A stretch of 64,000 nt of DNA from Trueperaceae bacterium (lineage in GTDB: Bacteria > Deinococcota > Deinococci > Deinococcales > Trueperaceae). This document shows, piece after piece, positions 1 to 9,149 of this stretch. Both the position numbers and the translations under genes were made by a program. The stretch's first letter is position 1, and every line of letters begins with the position of its first letter. The DNA is taken from positions 1 to 64,000 of the forward strand of contig JAXHNB010000008.1 in NCBI GenBank assembly GCA_034520945.1, given 5' to 3'. Under the pieces are notes generated by a model. It was not told the DNA's origin, did not search any database, and saw only the letters and a list, made by a program, of their open reading frames with translations.

Positions 1-77
1 TGGTGCGCCCGGCAGGAGTCGAACCTGCGACACGAGGCTTAGGAGTCCCCTGCTCTATCCACCTGAGCTACGGGCGC
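1..77 (-). tRNA. tRNA-Arg(CCT)
   Basis: Reverse complement folds as a cloverleaf: acceptor GCGCCCG/CGGGCGC, D-arm GCTC/GAGC, loop CT-CCT-AA, T-arm GCAGG-TTCGACT-CCTGC, encoded 3' CCA. Confidence 0.95.
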
Positions 78-236
78 GTGCGGTGCGCAGTGTACCGCGT
101 TTGCGTCGGTGGGCGCCGCGTGGTCTAGGTCGGCGTTGCTCATGCTCACCATGCTTCATGTTCGGCGCTGTACACTAACGACTCGTACGAATGCACGTCG
201 CGTGACCCCCCAATACCTGGGGAGAAAGAGGACAGC

Positions 237-1454
237 ATGAGAACAGCACTATTCGGGTTACTCGTCGTCGGGATGTTGGGCATGAGCCATGCTCAGTCGC
301 CCTTCGACGATGTTCCCTCCAACCATTGGGCCGAGGATGCGGTGACCCGCATCGCCGACCTGGGCATCGTGATCGGCTTCCCTGACGGCACCTTCCGCGG
401 AGACCAGTCCTTCACCCGCTACCAGGCGGCTCTGGTCGTGGACAGATTGCTGGATGTCTTGGACGAGGACATCCAGGCCATGCGCGCCATGACCGAAAGC
501 GATCTCGAGGCGCTCCGCAACGCCATCGACGAGCTGGCAGGCGACATGGGCAGCCTGGAGGGCCGCGTCGAGGCGCTCGAGGACGCCATGGACGAGCTGG
601 CTCGCATCGACGCCCTCGAGGCCGAGGTCGCGGCGTTGCGCGACGAGGTCGCGTCGCTACAGGATGACTTGGCTACGCTCGAACAAACGCCGGGTCCTGA
701 GGGCCCGCGCGGTCCCCAGGGTCCGGAAGGCCCCGCGGGTCCCGAAGGCCCGATGGGTCCCGAAGGTCCTGCGGGTCCCGAAGGCCCGATGGGTCCTGAA
801 GGCCCCGAGGGTCCGCGCGGCCCGCAAGGTGCCGAAGGTCCCGCTGGTCCCGAAGGCCCGCCTGGTGCTGAAGGTCCCGAGGGCCCGCGCGGTCCTGAGG
901 GCCCGCCCGGTCCTCAGGGAGAGCCCGGGCGACTGATGGAGCCCGAGGAGCTCGAGGAGCCCGAGGTCGAGGAGCCCGAAGTCGAGGAGCCCGAACCACC
1001 CGAGGCGATGCCCCGGGAGCGCGCGGTGCGGCGGAACTACCTCCGCGTCGGCGGCGTGAGCGAGCTCAACGATCGCTTCCCTGTGCGCTTCGTGGCCGGC
1101 TTCGATGAACTCGTGGGCCCGATCGGGTTCCGCGCTACCGTCGATTACGGCCGCCAGAGCCCGATCACGGACGGGACGATTGCGGGCGCGGCGCACGCCA
1201 CCTACCGCATCGGCCATCAGCCCTACAACGCGTACGCCGGCGTGGGCGCTGGTTTCCAGGCCGATGCCTTCGGCGACAGCCAGGGCTCGAGCGGACCGTT
1301 CGCGGGCGGCCTGGTCGGTGCCGAATGGACCACCGGCCGGTTCGGCGTGTTCGCCGAAGTCATGGTCGACTACTACTTCGAGGCGCCGATCGCAGGGAGC
1401 GACTACGATCAGGTGTACCCGACCGTCTCCCTGGGTGGGTCGTTCCGGTACTGA
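237..1454 (+). CDS. S-layer homology (SLH) protein with coiled coil, collagen-like repeat and C-terminal beta-barrel (SlpA/OmpM-like)
   Basis: Signal peptide; [10 protein letters not shown]...[18 protein letters not shown] motif; acidic heptads; (GXY)26; amphipathic beta C-terminus ending FRY; RBS GAGGA. Confidence 0.9.
   Translation: MRTALFGLLVVGMLGMSHAQSPFDDVPSNHWAEDAVTRIADLGIVIGFPDGTFRGDQSFTRYQAALVVDRLLDVLDEDIQAMRAMTESDLEALRNAIDELAGDMGSLEGRVEALEDAMDELARIDALEAEVAALRDEVASLQDDLATLEQTPGPEGPRGPQGPEGPAGPEGPMGPEGPAGPEGPMGPEGPEGPRGPQGAEGPAGPEGPPGAEGPEGPRGPEGPPGPQGEPGRLMEPEELEEPEVEEPEVEEPEPPEAMPRERAVRRNYLRVGGVSELNDRFPVRFVAGFDELVGPIGFRATVDYGRQSPITDGTIAGAAHATYRIGHQPYNAYAGVGAGFQADAFGDSQGSSGPFAGGLVGAEWTTGRFGVFAEVMVDYYFEAPIAGSDYDQVYPTVSLGGSFRY
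693..926 (+). repeat. Collagen-like Gly-X-Y coding repeat, 26 triplets, mostly GPX
   Basis: Uninterrupted [15 protein letters not shown] ... GEP, with 9-nt periodicity. Confidence 0.95.
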
Positions 1455-1510
1455 ACTGACGGACAGGTCGATTCTGGAGGCGGCGGAGCCATCATGGCTC
1501 CGCCGCCTTT

Positions 1511-2188
1511 TCAATGCCCCTCGGCCTCCCCGACCGCCCGCAGCCGCGCCTCCAGCGCCGCCGCGCCCTCCTCGAGCTCCTCGCGCGGAAGCCCGCCCTC
1601 CCGTAGCGCGCCGTCGCGCTGCGAGCGCAGGTCGCGGTAGAAGGCGCGCCCGCGGTCGCGCGCCGTCGGACCGGCGCCGAAGCGGTCCAGCGCCTCGAAC
1701 AACAGGTCCTCCGCCCCGGCGTACCCACCGCGCTGCACCCGGTAGTCGAACAGCCGCCACAACGTCGGTTCCGGCAGGTCGACGCCGTCCAGCGCCTCTT
1801 GGTGTTCATTGATGCGCTCAGGTAGCTCCTCGATGTCCGACCCCTCCGCCGCCGCGGCCAGCGCCAGGTTCAACGCCTTGACCCGCAGCTCCGGCGGGAC
1901 CGGGCGGTCCCGCGCCGCCATGCCGATCGCTTCGGCCCGCAGCAGTTCGGACAGCAGGAAGGCGCGCTCACAGTCCAAGCGGCCGGTGCTGGAGAGGATC
2001 TCGATCAGGCTCTCGCCGTCCAGGTCGTGCATCAGCGAGCGGGGGACGCCCAGCTGGTCGCGGTAGACCTGGTCCAGTTCGCGGATGAGGCGCTCGAACG
2101 TCGCCTGGTCCCGCTGGCCCATCAGGTACGCCAGGATCTGCGAGATCTGTCGGATGGTGCGCAATACCAGGTCGTCACGAATCGGCAC
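1511..2188 (-). CDS. DUF6483-like helical hypothetical protein
   Basis: Coding-like from GTG 2188 (VPIRDDLVLRTIRQISQ...); C-terminal YAGAEDLLFE...FYRDL...LREGGLPREEL pattern. Confidence 0.6.
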   Translation of the reverse strand: MPIRDDLVLRTIRQISQILAYLMGQRDQATFERLIRELDQVYRDQLGVPRSLMHDLDGESLIEILSSTGRLDCERAFLLSELLRAEAIGMAARDRPVPPELRVKALNLALAAAAEGSDIEELPERINEHQEALDGVDLPEPTLWRLFDYRVQRGGYAGAEDLLFEALDRFGAGPTARDRGRAFYRDLRSQRDGALREGGLPREELEEGAAALEARLRAVGEAEGH

Positions 2189-2258
2189 GGGTCCGAGGAT
2201 AGGCCCTCGAAGGCCGCACGCGCGTCGTATCGTCGTCATCGACGGGGAAGGAGGCATC

Positions 2259-2672
2259 ATGGCAACGCCCGATCCGCGCGCGATCTCGGTCGCGATCTTC
2301 GAGGACGGCTGGAACCGGGGCGCGTTCGAGGGCTTGGCGGACGCGTTCGCGCCGACGTTCACGTTCCACGTGCACGGCACCGCGCGCGAGATGCGCCTGG
2401 ACGATCTTCGGTGGATCGTGGGACGCTGGCGCGACGGGTTTCCCGATCTGCGTTTCGAGCTGCACGACGTGCTGGCGCAAGGCGACCGCGTCGCGATCCG
2501 GGCGACGCTCACCGGCACGCACTTGGGCACGTGGAGCGAGCGGCCGGCCAGCGGCCGGGCGATCGCCGTCGATCACATGTTCGTACTGCGCTTCGACGCC
2601 GGCCGCGTCGTGGAGGTGTGGGAGGTGCTGGATTCAGGTGCGTTGCGGCGGCAGCTGGACGGGGCGACGTGA
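2259..2672 (+). CDS. SnoaL-like ester cyclase / NTF2 family protein
   Basis: FPDLRFELHDVLAQGDRVAIRATLTGTHLG...SGR motif; RBS AAGGAGG. Confidence 0.85.
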   Translation: MATPDPRAISVAIFEDGWNRGAFEGLADAFAPTFTFHVHGTAREMRLDDLRWIVGRWRDGFPDLRFELHDVLAQGDRVAIRATLTGTHLGTWSERPASGRAIAVDHMFVLRFDAGRVVEVWEVLDSGALRRQLDGAT

Positions 2673-2739
2673 TCGATCGCGTTGGCGCGCGCAGCGCTCC
2701 CTGCGCCTCAGGTGCCAATCCCACGGCGTACCATGGCGC

Positions 2740-3362
2740 ATGCAGCGACCCCTGATCCTCGTCACTGGCGGCAGCAGCGGCATCGGCGCGTCGCTGGTGC
2801 GCCACTTGGCCGCGTCGTACCGCGTGGTGACCGTCGCGCGGCGTCTGGACCGCATGCGCGAAGCGTTCGCCGAGCTTTCCGACGTCGAAGCGCACGCGCT
2901 CGACCTGTCCGACCTCGAGGCGTGGCGGGACTTCCTGCGCGACCTGATCGCGCGGCACGGATCGGTCCCCTACGCAATCAGCTGCGCCGGATCGTCGTGG
3001 TCGGGGGAGAGGCGACCCTCGTTCCGAGCGGTGGTTGGGCGCTGCAGTACGGCGCCAAGATGGCGCTGAACGGGTTCGTCGTGGCCGCCGCGCTCGAGAA
3101 CCGCGACCGGAACGTCAAGATCAACCTCCTCGCCCCGGGGCCGACGGATACCGAGATGTACCCCGGCCCGCTTCCCGTCGACGCGTCGCACCCGACGGTG
3201 GATCACCTGCTGGGTCTCGGCCGGGATGGACCGACGGGACGCATGTACTGGCTCGGCTACGAACTGCCCCTGTTCCCCGACCTGGGCGCTACCGACCTGG
3301 CAGCCTCGGTCCCCGACCGGCAGCGGCTCCGATTCGTATTGGACGAGCCGGCACCGGACTGA
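2740..3362 (+). pseudogene. SDR oxidoreductase, frameshifted with apparent internal deletion
   Basis: TGGSSGIG motif in one frame; C-terminal half (VKINLLAPGPTDTEM) in another; region after SCAG missing. Confidence 0.7.
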
Positions 3363-3478
3363 GGGCGCGCGCGACGCCCGACGTGGCGGGCGTCAGAATC
3401 CGCCGAACCCGACGATGGTCGTCGCTGGGTCGCTTGCGCTGTATCGCGACGACACGAGGTCCCCGGCGCGGTGTCGCA

Positions 3479-4174
3479 CTACGAACCGGCGTCGTGGACG
3501 GGGGGTGCGGCCGGCACGCCGGGCGTGCCAGCCAGGCCGTACCGCCGTTCGAATCCCGACATGATGCGAAGCCCCCACTGCATCAACGGGCCGATCGCCA
3601 GCGCGAACGCCAGCGTGCCCAGCCCCACCGTGCCGCCCAGCAGCCACCCCGTGAGCAGCACGCACGCCTCGACGCCGGTGCGGGCCCGCCGAACCCGGGT
3701 GTTCAGCCGTTGCGCCAACGCCAAGGCGAAGCCGTCGCGCGGCCCTGCGCCGAGGCCGGCGGTGATGTAGAGGCCGGTGGCGAGGCCGTTCATGACCAGG
3801 CCGGTCGCGAAGATCGCGCCGCCGTCCAGCCATCCCTCGCCCCGCGGCAGGAACGGCTGCGCCAAGAACAGGTCCACCCACGGCCCGATCAATGCCATGT
3901 TGAGCACCGTCCCCAATCCGGGCCGCACGCCGGCCAGCAGCATGCTCACCAACAGCAAGGCCAGGCCGGCCGCCACCATCACCTGGCCGATGGTGATCGG
4001 CAGGTGCTGGGCGGCGCCCTGGTGGAACACGTCCCACGGCCCCAGGCCCACGCCGGCGGCCAGCATCAGCGCGATCGAGAACCCGAACGCCATCAGCCCC
4101 ACGTTGAGGTGGACCAGCCGCAAAACGAAGCGCCGCCACGACCGACGCGGGGCCTCGTGGGGCGACTGACTCAC
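3479..4174 (-). CDS. YczE/YyaS/YitT family membrane protein
   Basis: GLGPWDVFHQG, PGLGTVLN, GAGPRDG, GGTVGLGT motifs; GTG overlaps the upstream stop. Confidence 0.85.
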   Translation of the reverse strand: MSQSPHEAPRRSWRRFVLRLVHLNVGLMAFGFSIALMLAAGVGLGPWDVFHQGAAQHLPITIGQVMVAAGLALLLVSMLLAGVRPGLGTVLNMALIGPWVDLFLAQPFLPRGEGWLDGGAIFATGLVMNGLATGLYITAGLGAGPRDGFALALAQRLNTRVRRARTGVEACVLLTGWLLGGTVGLGTLAFALAIGPLMQWGLRIMSGFERRYGLAGTPGVPAAPPVHDAGS

Positions 4175-4654
4175 GAGGTGCTCGTCACCCGGACCGCACG
4201 GGCGCCGGTGATGCGCTTCAGGTCGTCCGGCGCGACGGGGAACACCGCCCGCGCCGTGCCGGCGGCGGCCCACACCTGCTCGAACGCCATCAGGTCCTCG
4301 TCCAGCAGCACCGGCACCTCCGACGCCAGGCCGACCGGCGCCACCCCGCCGATGGAGAAGCCGGTGACGCTCCGCACCGTCGCCGGGTCGGCCATGCGCA
4401 CCTCGCTGGCTCCCGAGCTCTTCGGCCAGGCGGGCGGCGTCGACGCGGTTGCGGCCGCTGGTCAGCACCAGCGTGGCCTCACCGTGCTCGGTGACGAACA
4501 GGAGCGACTTGACGATCTGGGCGACCTCGCAGCCTACCGCCGCGGCGGCGTCGGTGGCGGTGCGGGTGGAGTCCGGCATCTCACGGACGGCGTCGTCCAG
4601 GCCGTGCTGGCGCAGGGCGTCACGCACGCGGGTGGTGCTCTTGGATTCCGCCAT
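4171..4654 (-). CDS. YbaK/EbsC (prolyl-tRNA editing-like) protein, frameshift near 4405
   Basis: TRTATDAAAAVGC..QIVKSL in one frame; TGFSIGGVAPVG...VWAAAG in another. Confidence 0.8.
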
Positions 4655-4737
4655 GGCGGCGAGGATACACCCGCCGTACGCTGACGGGCACGCTGAGCGA
4701 GGTGGCCGGTACGTTCACGCGGTGCGTCGCGCCCGCC

Positions 4738-5295
4738 TCAGTACTGGTAGCCGGCCACCTCCGCTGCATCGCTCTCCACGCCCAGCCCCGAAGCGATGCG
4801 GTTCACGAAGTTGAAGTAGGCCGTGATCATGGTGAGGTCCAGGATCTGGTCGTCCTCGAGCCCATGCCCGCGGAGGGCGTCCACGTCCGCCTCGGTGATC
4901 CCGGCCGGGTCGCGCGTCAGCGCGACGGCGTGGTCGAGGATCGCCAGCGTACGTGCGTCCAGCTCGGCCTCGCGTGGATCGCGGCGCAGCCGGGCCAGGC
5001 GGTCCTCGTCCTTCCAGTACGCCAGGAGCGCCTGGCCGTGGTGTTGATCGCAGTAGTCGCAGCCGTTCTCGCGCGACACCACGATGGCGATCGATTCCCG
5101 CACCTCTCGTGACAGCCGCGAACGCCCGAACAACAGCGTCATGTACAGCTCCATGTGGGCGTCCAGCGCGCGGGGGTTCAGGGAGTGGATGGTATGGATC
5201 GCGGCCAGCTTGCCGCGAGAGCCTTGCAGGCGAGCGTAGGACTCGGCCAGGCGGCTGTTCGCCTCATGTTCGTCGATGACGCGGATGTAGGGCAT
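4738..5295 (-). CDS. Peroxidase-related AhpD/carboxymuconolactone decarboxylase family protein
   Basis: RESIAIVVSRENGCDYCDQHH and AYFNFVNR motifs. Confidence 0.9.
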   Translation of the reverse strand: MPYIRVIDEHEANSRLAESYARLQGSRGKLAAIHTIHSLNPRALDAHMELYMTLLFGRSRLSREVRESIAIVVSRENGCDYCDQHHGQALLAYWKDEDRLARLRRDPREAELDARTLAILDHAVALTRDPAGITEADVDALRGHGLEDDQILDLTMITAYFNFVNRIASGLGVESDAAEVAGYQY

Positions 5296-5469
5296 GAGGG
5301 GCTCCAATGGGGCGATTGCCCGTGCGCAGGGTGGTTGGCAGCATGCCGCTCGGTCGCAGCGACGTCGGTACGATCGGCGACGTTCGCCCGACCGATCGCC
5401 GCGCATCGAAAAATCGCATGGGACGGCGTCGCCCGTGCGGTCCGTGCGATCCGTGGTTCCGGCCGCGCC

Positions 5470-7422
5470 TCAGTTCTCCAACCGCGCCCGCAGGTCCGCG
5501 ATCAGGCTGCCCGCCCGCAGCATGGCGACCTGCCGTTCGCTCAGCTGATGCGTCAGCGTGACGGGGCGGTCCTCGCCGACGATGCGTGCTTCGATCGGGG
5601 TGCCGTGCTCCAACGCGTCGTGTAGCCCTTCGAGGCGCAGGCGCGTGCCGGCCTCGAGGCGGTCGCGGTCGTCGGGCGCGTCGAAGGTGAGGGCCAGCAC
5701 GCCGAAGTTGGCGAGGTTCTGCCAGTGGATCCGCGCGAAGCTTTCCGCGATCACCACGCGGACGCCCAGGTAGCGCGGCGCGATGGCGGCGTGCTCGCGG
5801 CTGGAGCCCTGGCCGTAGTTCTGGCCCCCCACGATGATCGAGCCGCCGTCCCGGTCGCGCAGCTCGGCGGCGCGGTCCGGGAAGGTCGGGTCCACGGCGC
5901 GGTACACGAAGCGGGAGATCTCGGGCACGTTGGACCGGAACGGCAGCACCTCGGCGCCGGCCGGCATGATCTCGTCGGTCGAGACGTCGTCGCCGACGGC
6001 CAGCGCCACCTCCAGCTCCAGCGTGTCGGGCAGGCCCTCGAACTCCGGCAGCGGCTGGATGTTGGGACCCTTGACGACCTCGAGGCCGCGGGCCTCCTCG
6101 GGCGGGGCGGGCGCCTCGATCATCTCCGTGTCCAGCGTGAACCGCTCGGGTGGGCGGTAGGCCGGGTAGGGCATGTCCAGGTCGCGGGGGTCGGTGATGA
6201 CGCCCCGCAGCGCCGAGGCGGTGGCGGTCTCGGGGCTGCACAGGAACACACGGTCCTCCTGCGTCCCGCTGCGGCCGGGGAAGTTGCGGGGCACGGTGCG
6301 GAGGCTGTTGTGGCCGGTGGCGGGCGCCTGGCCCATGCCGATGCAGCCGTTGCAGCCGGCCTGGTGTAGGCGCGCGCCGGCGTGGACGAGCTTGGCGAGG
6401 TAGCCGTGCTCGGCCAGGTTGGCCAGGATCTGCCGCGAGGTGGGGTTCACGTCGAACGACACGCCCGGGTCGGTGCGGCGGCCGTCCACCATCATGGCGG
6501 GCACGGCGAAGTCGCGGAAGCCGGGGTTGGCGGAGGAGCCCAGGTAGGTCTGATACAGCGGCTCGCCGGCCACCTCGCGGACCGGCACCACCTTGCCGGG
6601 CGAGGAGGGCAGCGCGATCAGCGGCTCCAGCGCGCTCAGGTCGATCTCGTCGTGGTGATCGAAGGCGGCGCCCTCGTCGGCGGTCAGCTCGCGGTCGTCG
6701 CCGGCGCGGTCCTGCCCGGCCAGGAAGGCGCGGACCGCCTCGTCGGCGGGGAACACCGTGCTGGTGGCGCCCATTTCGGTGCCCATGTTGGCGATCACGT
6801 GCCGGTCCATGGCGTCCAAATGCGCCAGGCCGGGGCCGTAGTACTCGATCACCATCCCCTTGGCGCCGTCCACGTCGTAGCGGCGCAGCATCTCCAGCAC
6901 CACGTCCTTGGCGGACACCCAGTCGGGCAGTTGGCCCTCCAGGCGGACGCCCAGCACCTCGGGCATCTTCAGGTACAGCGGTTCGCCCGCCATCGCCAGG
7001 GCGACCTCCAGCCCGCCGGCGCCGATCGCCAGCATGCCCAGGCTGCCTGCGGCGGGCGTGTGCGAGTCCGACCCCACCAGGGTGGTGCCGGGCAGGCCGA
7101 AGCGTTCCATGTGGACGGGGTGGGATACGCCGTTGCCGGGGCGGGAGTAGTGCACGCCGAACTTGCGGGCGGCGCTGCGCAGGAACAGGTGGTCGTCGGG
7201 GTTCTTGAAGTCGGTCTGCAGCAGGTTGTGGTCCACGTACTGCGCGGACACCTGGGTGCGGACGCGGGGCAGGTTCAGCGCTTCGAACTCCAGCATCACC
7301 AGCGTGCCGGTGGCGTCCTGCGTGAGGGTCTGGTCGATGCGCAGGCCGATCTCGCGGCCCGGTTCGGCGTCGCCCGAGACCAGGTGGTCGTCGATCAGCT
7401 TGCGGGTGACGTTGCGTGGCAT
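5470..7422 (-). CDS. Aconitate hydratase (short type, ~650 aa)
   Basis: QDATGT, DHN, GSDSHT, GCNGCIGMG, RNFPGR, NYGQGSSREHA motifs. Confidence 0.92.
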   Translation of the reverse strand: MPRNVTRKLIDDHLVSGDAEPGREIGLRIDQTLTQDATGTLVMLEFEALNLPRVRTQVSAQYVDHNLLQTDFKNPDDHLFLRSAARKFGVHYSRPGNGVSHPVHMERFGLPGTTLVGSDSHTPAAGSLGMLAIGAGGLEVALAMAGEPLYLKMPEVLGVRLEGQLPDWVSAKDVVLEMLRRYDVDGAKGMVIEYYGPGLAHLDAMDRHVIANMGTEMGATSTVFPADEAVRAFLAGQDRAGDDRELTADEGAAFDHHDEIDLSALEPLIALPSSPGKVVPVREVAGEPLYQTYLGSSANPGFRDFAVPAMMVDGRRTDPGVSFDVNPTSRQILANLAEHGYLAKLVHAGARLHQAGCNGCIGMGQAPATGHNSLRTVPRNFPGRSGTQEDRVFLCSPETATASALRGVITDPRDLDMPYPAYRPPERFTLDTEMIEAPAPPEEARGLEVVKGPNIQPLPEFEGLPDTLELEVALAVGDDVSTDEIMPAGAEVLPFRSNVPEISRFVYRAVDPTFPDRAAELRDRDGGSIIVGGQNYGQGSSREHAAIAPRYLGVRVVIAESFARIHWQNLANFGVLALTFDAPDDRDRLEAGTRLRLEGLHDALEHGTPIEARIVGEDRPVTLTHQLSERQVAMLRAGSLIADLRARLEN

Positions 7423-7601
7423 GGCGGCCTCCCTTCGGGGCAGGCGCCCGCGCCGCGTCATCGCGGCCGGGCGCTGCCGCGGGCCGTGCTCGGGTCTCAC
7501 GCTAGCGCGACGTCCGGCGTCGCACCGAAGGCTGGCTTGCAGGGCCCGGCCGTGTGGGCCGGCGGCGCACGCCGCCCGGCGCGTGTGCCATGATTCGCGG
7601 T

Positions 7602-9149
7602 ATGGACATCTATTTGCGTTCGGCGCGCGCGCACGCGCCCGGTCCGGTTCGCACGCTGGCCGTCGGCGTGGCGCTCGCGCTCCTCGTAACCATTGCGCCG
7701 TTCGGCGCCCGCGCGCAGGACCTGGCGGAGCGGGTCACCACCGCGACCCTGGACAACGGCCTGCGCATCCTGCTGGTGGAACGGCCGGCCGCGCCGGTGA
7801 TCAGCTTCGAGTTGGCGTTCGATGTGGGCGGCATCGACGAACCGGGCGGGCTGGGCGGCATCGCGCACATGGTCGAGCACATGGCGTTCAAGGGCACCCG
7901 CACGCTTGGGCCCGAGGACGCCGAGGCGGAGGCCACCGCGCTGGCGGAGATCGAGGTGCTGGCTCTGGCGCTGCGGCACGCCCGCCGAGAGGGGGACGCG
8001 GCGCGCGTGGCACGCCTGCAGGAGGCGTTCGACGCGGCCCGGCAGCGGGCGCGGGCGTTGGCGCGCGACGACGTGCTGGACCAGGTGCTCAGCGTCAACG
8101 GCGCGGTGGGCCTGAACGCCTCCACCGGCTACGACGTGACGCGCTACGTGGTGTCGCTGCCGGCCAACCGGCTGGAGCTGTACGCACGCATCTACGCCGA
8201 CGTGATGGCCAACACGGTGTTCCGGTCGTTCTACGCCGAACGGGACGTGGTGCGCGAGGAGCGGCGGCAGCGCAGCGAGGACGACCCGCAGGGGGTGTTG
8301 TTCGAGGCGTTCCTGGCCGAGGCGTTCCCGGAGCACCCCTACGGCCGTCCGCTGATCGGCGCGCCCGAAGAGATCGCGGGCTACACCGCCACCAAGGCGA
8401 AGGCGTTCTACCAGAGCTACTACGCGCCCGACCGGGCGGTGCTGGTGCTGGTCGGCGACGTCGACCCGGAGCGCGACCTGCCGGTGCTGCGCCGCTACTT
8501 CGGCGAGGTGCCGCAGCGCGAGACGCTGCGCACCTGGCTGCCCGAGCCGGATCGGCCCGAGGAGCCGCGCCGCGTGACGGTCCGCTTCGACGCGCAGCCG
8601 CAGGTGGCGGTGGGGTACCCGAAGCCGACCTATCCTGCGCGGGACGCGTACGTGCTGGACCTGATCGACGCGCTGATGTCGCAGGGGCGCACCTCGCGGT
8701 TGTACCAGCGGATGGTGCTGGGCGATCAGAGCGCGTTGAGCGTGACCACCAGCAGCGCCTTCCCGGGCATCCGGGACGAGAATATGTTCCTGTTCTACGG
8801 CCAGCCCCGCGCGCCGCACGGGCCTGACGAGCTGGTGTCGGCGCTGCAGGAGGAGTTGGACCGCCTGGCGCAGGAAGGCGTCAGCGAACGCGAGCTGCAG
8901 AAGGTCAAGAACCAGGTGCGGGCCGACAGCGTGCGGGCGCTGCGCGACAACGCCCGACTGGCGTCGCAGTTGGCCAGCCACGAGCACTTCGCGGGCGGTT
9001 GGGAACGCCTGTTCGAGGACCTGGACGTCTACGCCTCCATCACGGCCGAGGAGATCCAGGAGGTCGCGGCGCGCACCTTCGTTCCCGAACACCGCACGAT
9101 CGGGGTGCTCAGACCCCCCGAAACGCAGGACGAGGAGGGGTCGCAATGA
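7602..9149 (+). CDS. M16 (pitrilysin-family) metallopeptidase, active subunit, exported
   Basis: HMVEH inverzincin motif, LNAST, ERDVVREERR, HPYGRP; signal peptide. Confidence 0.92.
   Translation: MDIYLRSARAHAPGPVRTLAVGVALALLVTIAPFGARAQDLAERVTTATLDNGLRILLVERPAAPVISFELAFDVGGIDEPGGLGGIAHMVEHMAFKGTRTLGPEDAEAEATALAEIEVLALALRHARREGDAARVARLQEAFDAARQRARALARDDVLDQVLSVNGAVGLNASTGYDVTRYVVSLPANRLELYARIYADVMANTVFRSFYAERDVVREERRQRSEDDPQGVLFEAFLAEAFPEHPYGRPLIGAPEEIAGYTATKAKAFYQSYYAPDRAVLVLVGDVDPERDLPVLRRYFGEVPQRETLRTWLPEPDRPEEPRRVTVRFDAQPQVAVGYPKPTYPARDAYVLDLIDALMSQGRTSRLYQRMVLGDQSALSVTTSSAFPGIRDENMFLFYGQPRAPHGPDELVSALQEELDRLAQEGVSERELQKVKNQVRADSVRALRDNARLASQLASHEHFAGGWERLFEDLDVYASITAEEIQEVAARTFVPEHRTIGVLRPPETQDEEGSQ

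Noticed and set aside
693..990. Short tandem repeats as a CRISPR array
   Set aside because: In-frame collagen and EPEVE coding repeats; no unique spacers and no cas genes.
3479..4654. 391-aa YbaK-YczE fusion in the ORF track
   Set aside because: Produced by one frameshift in ybaK. The rest of YbaK is in another frame and yczE has its own overlapping GTG.
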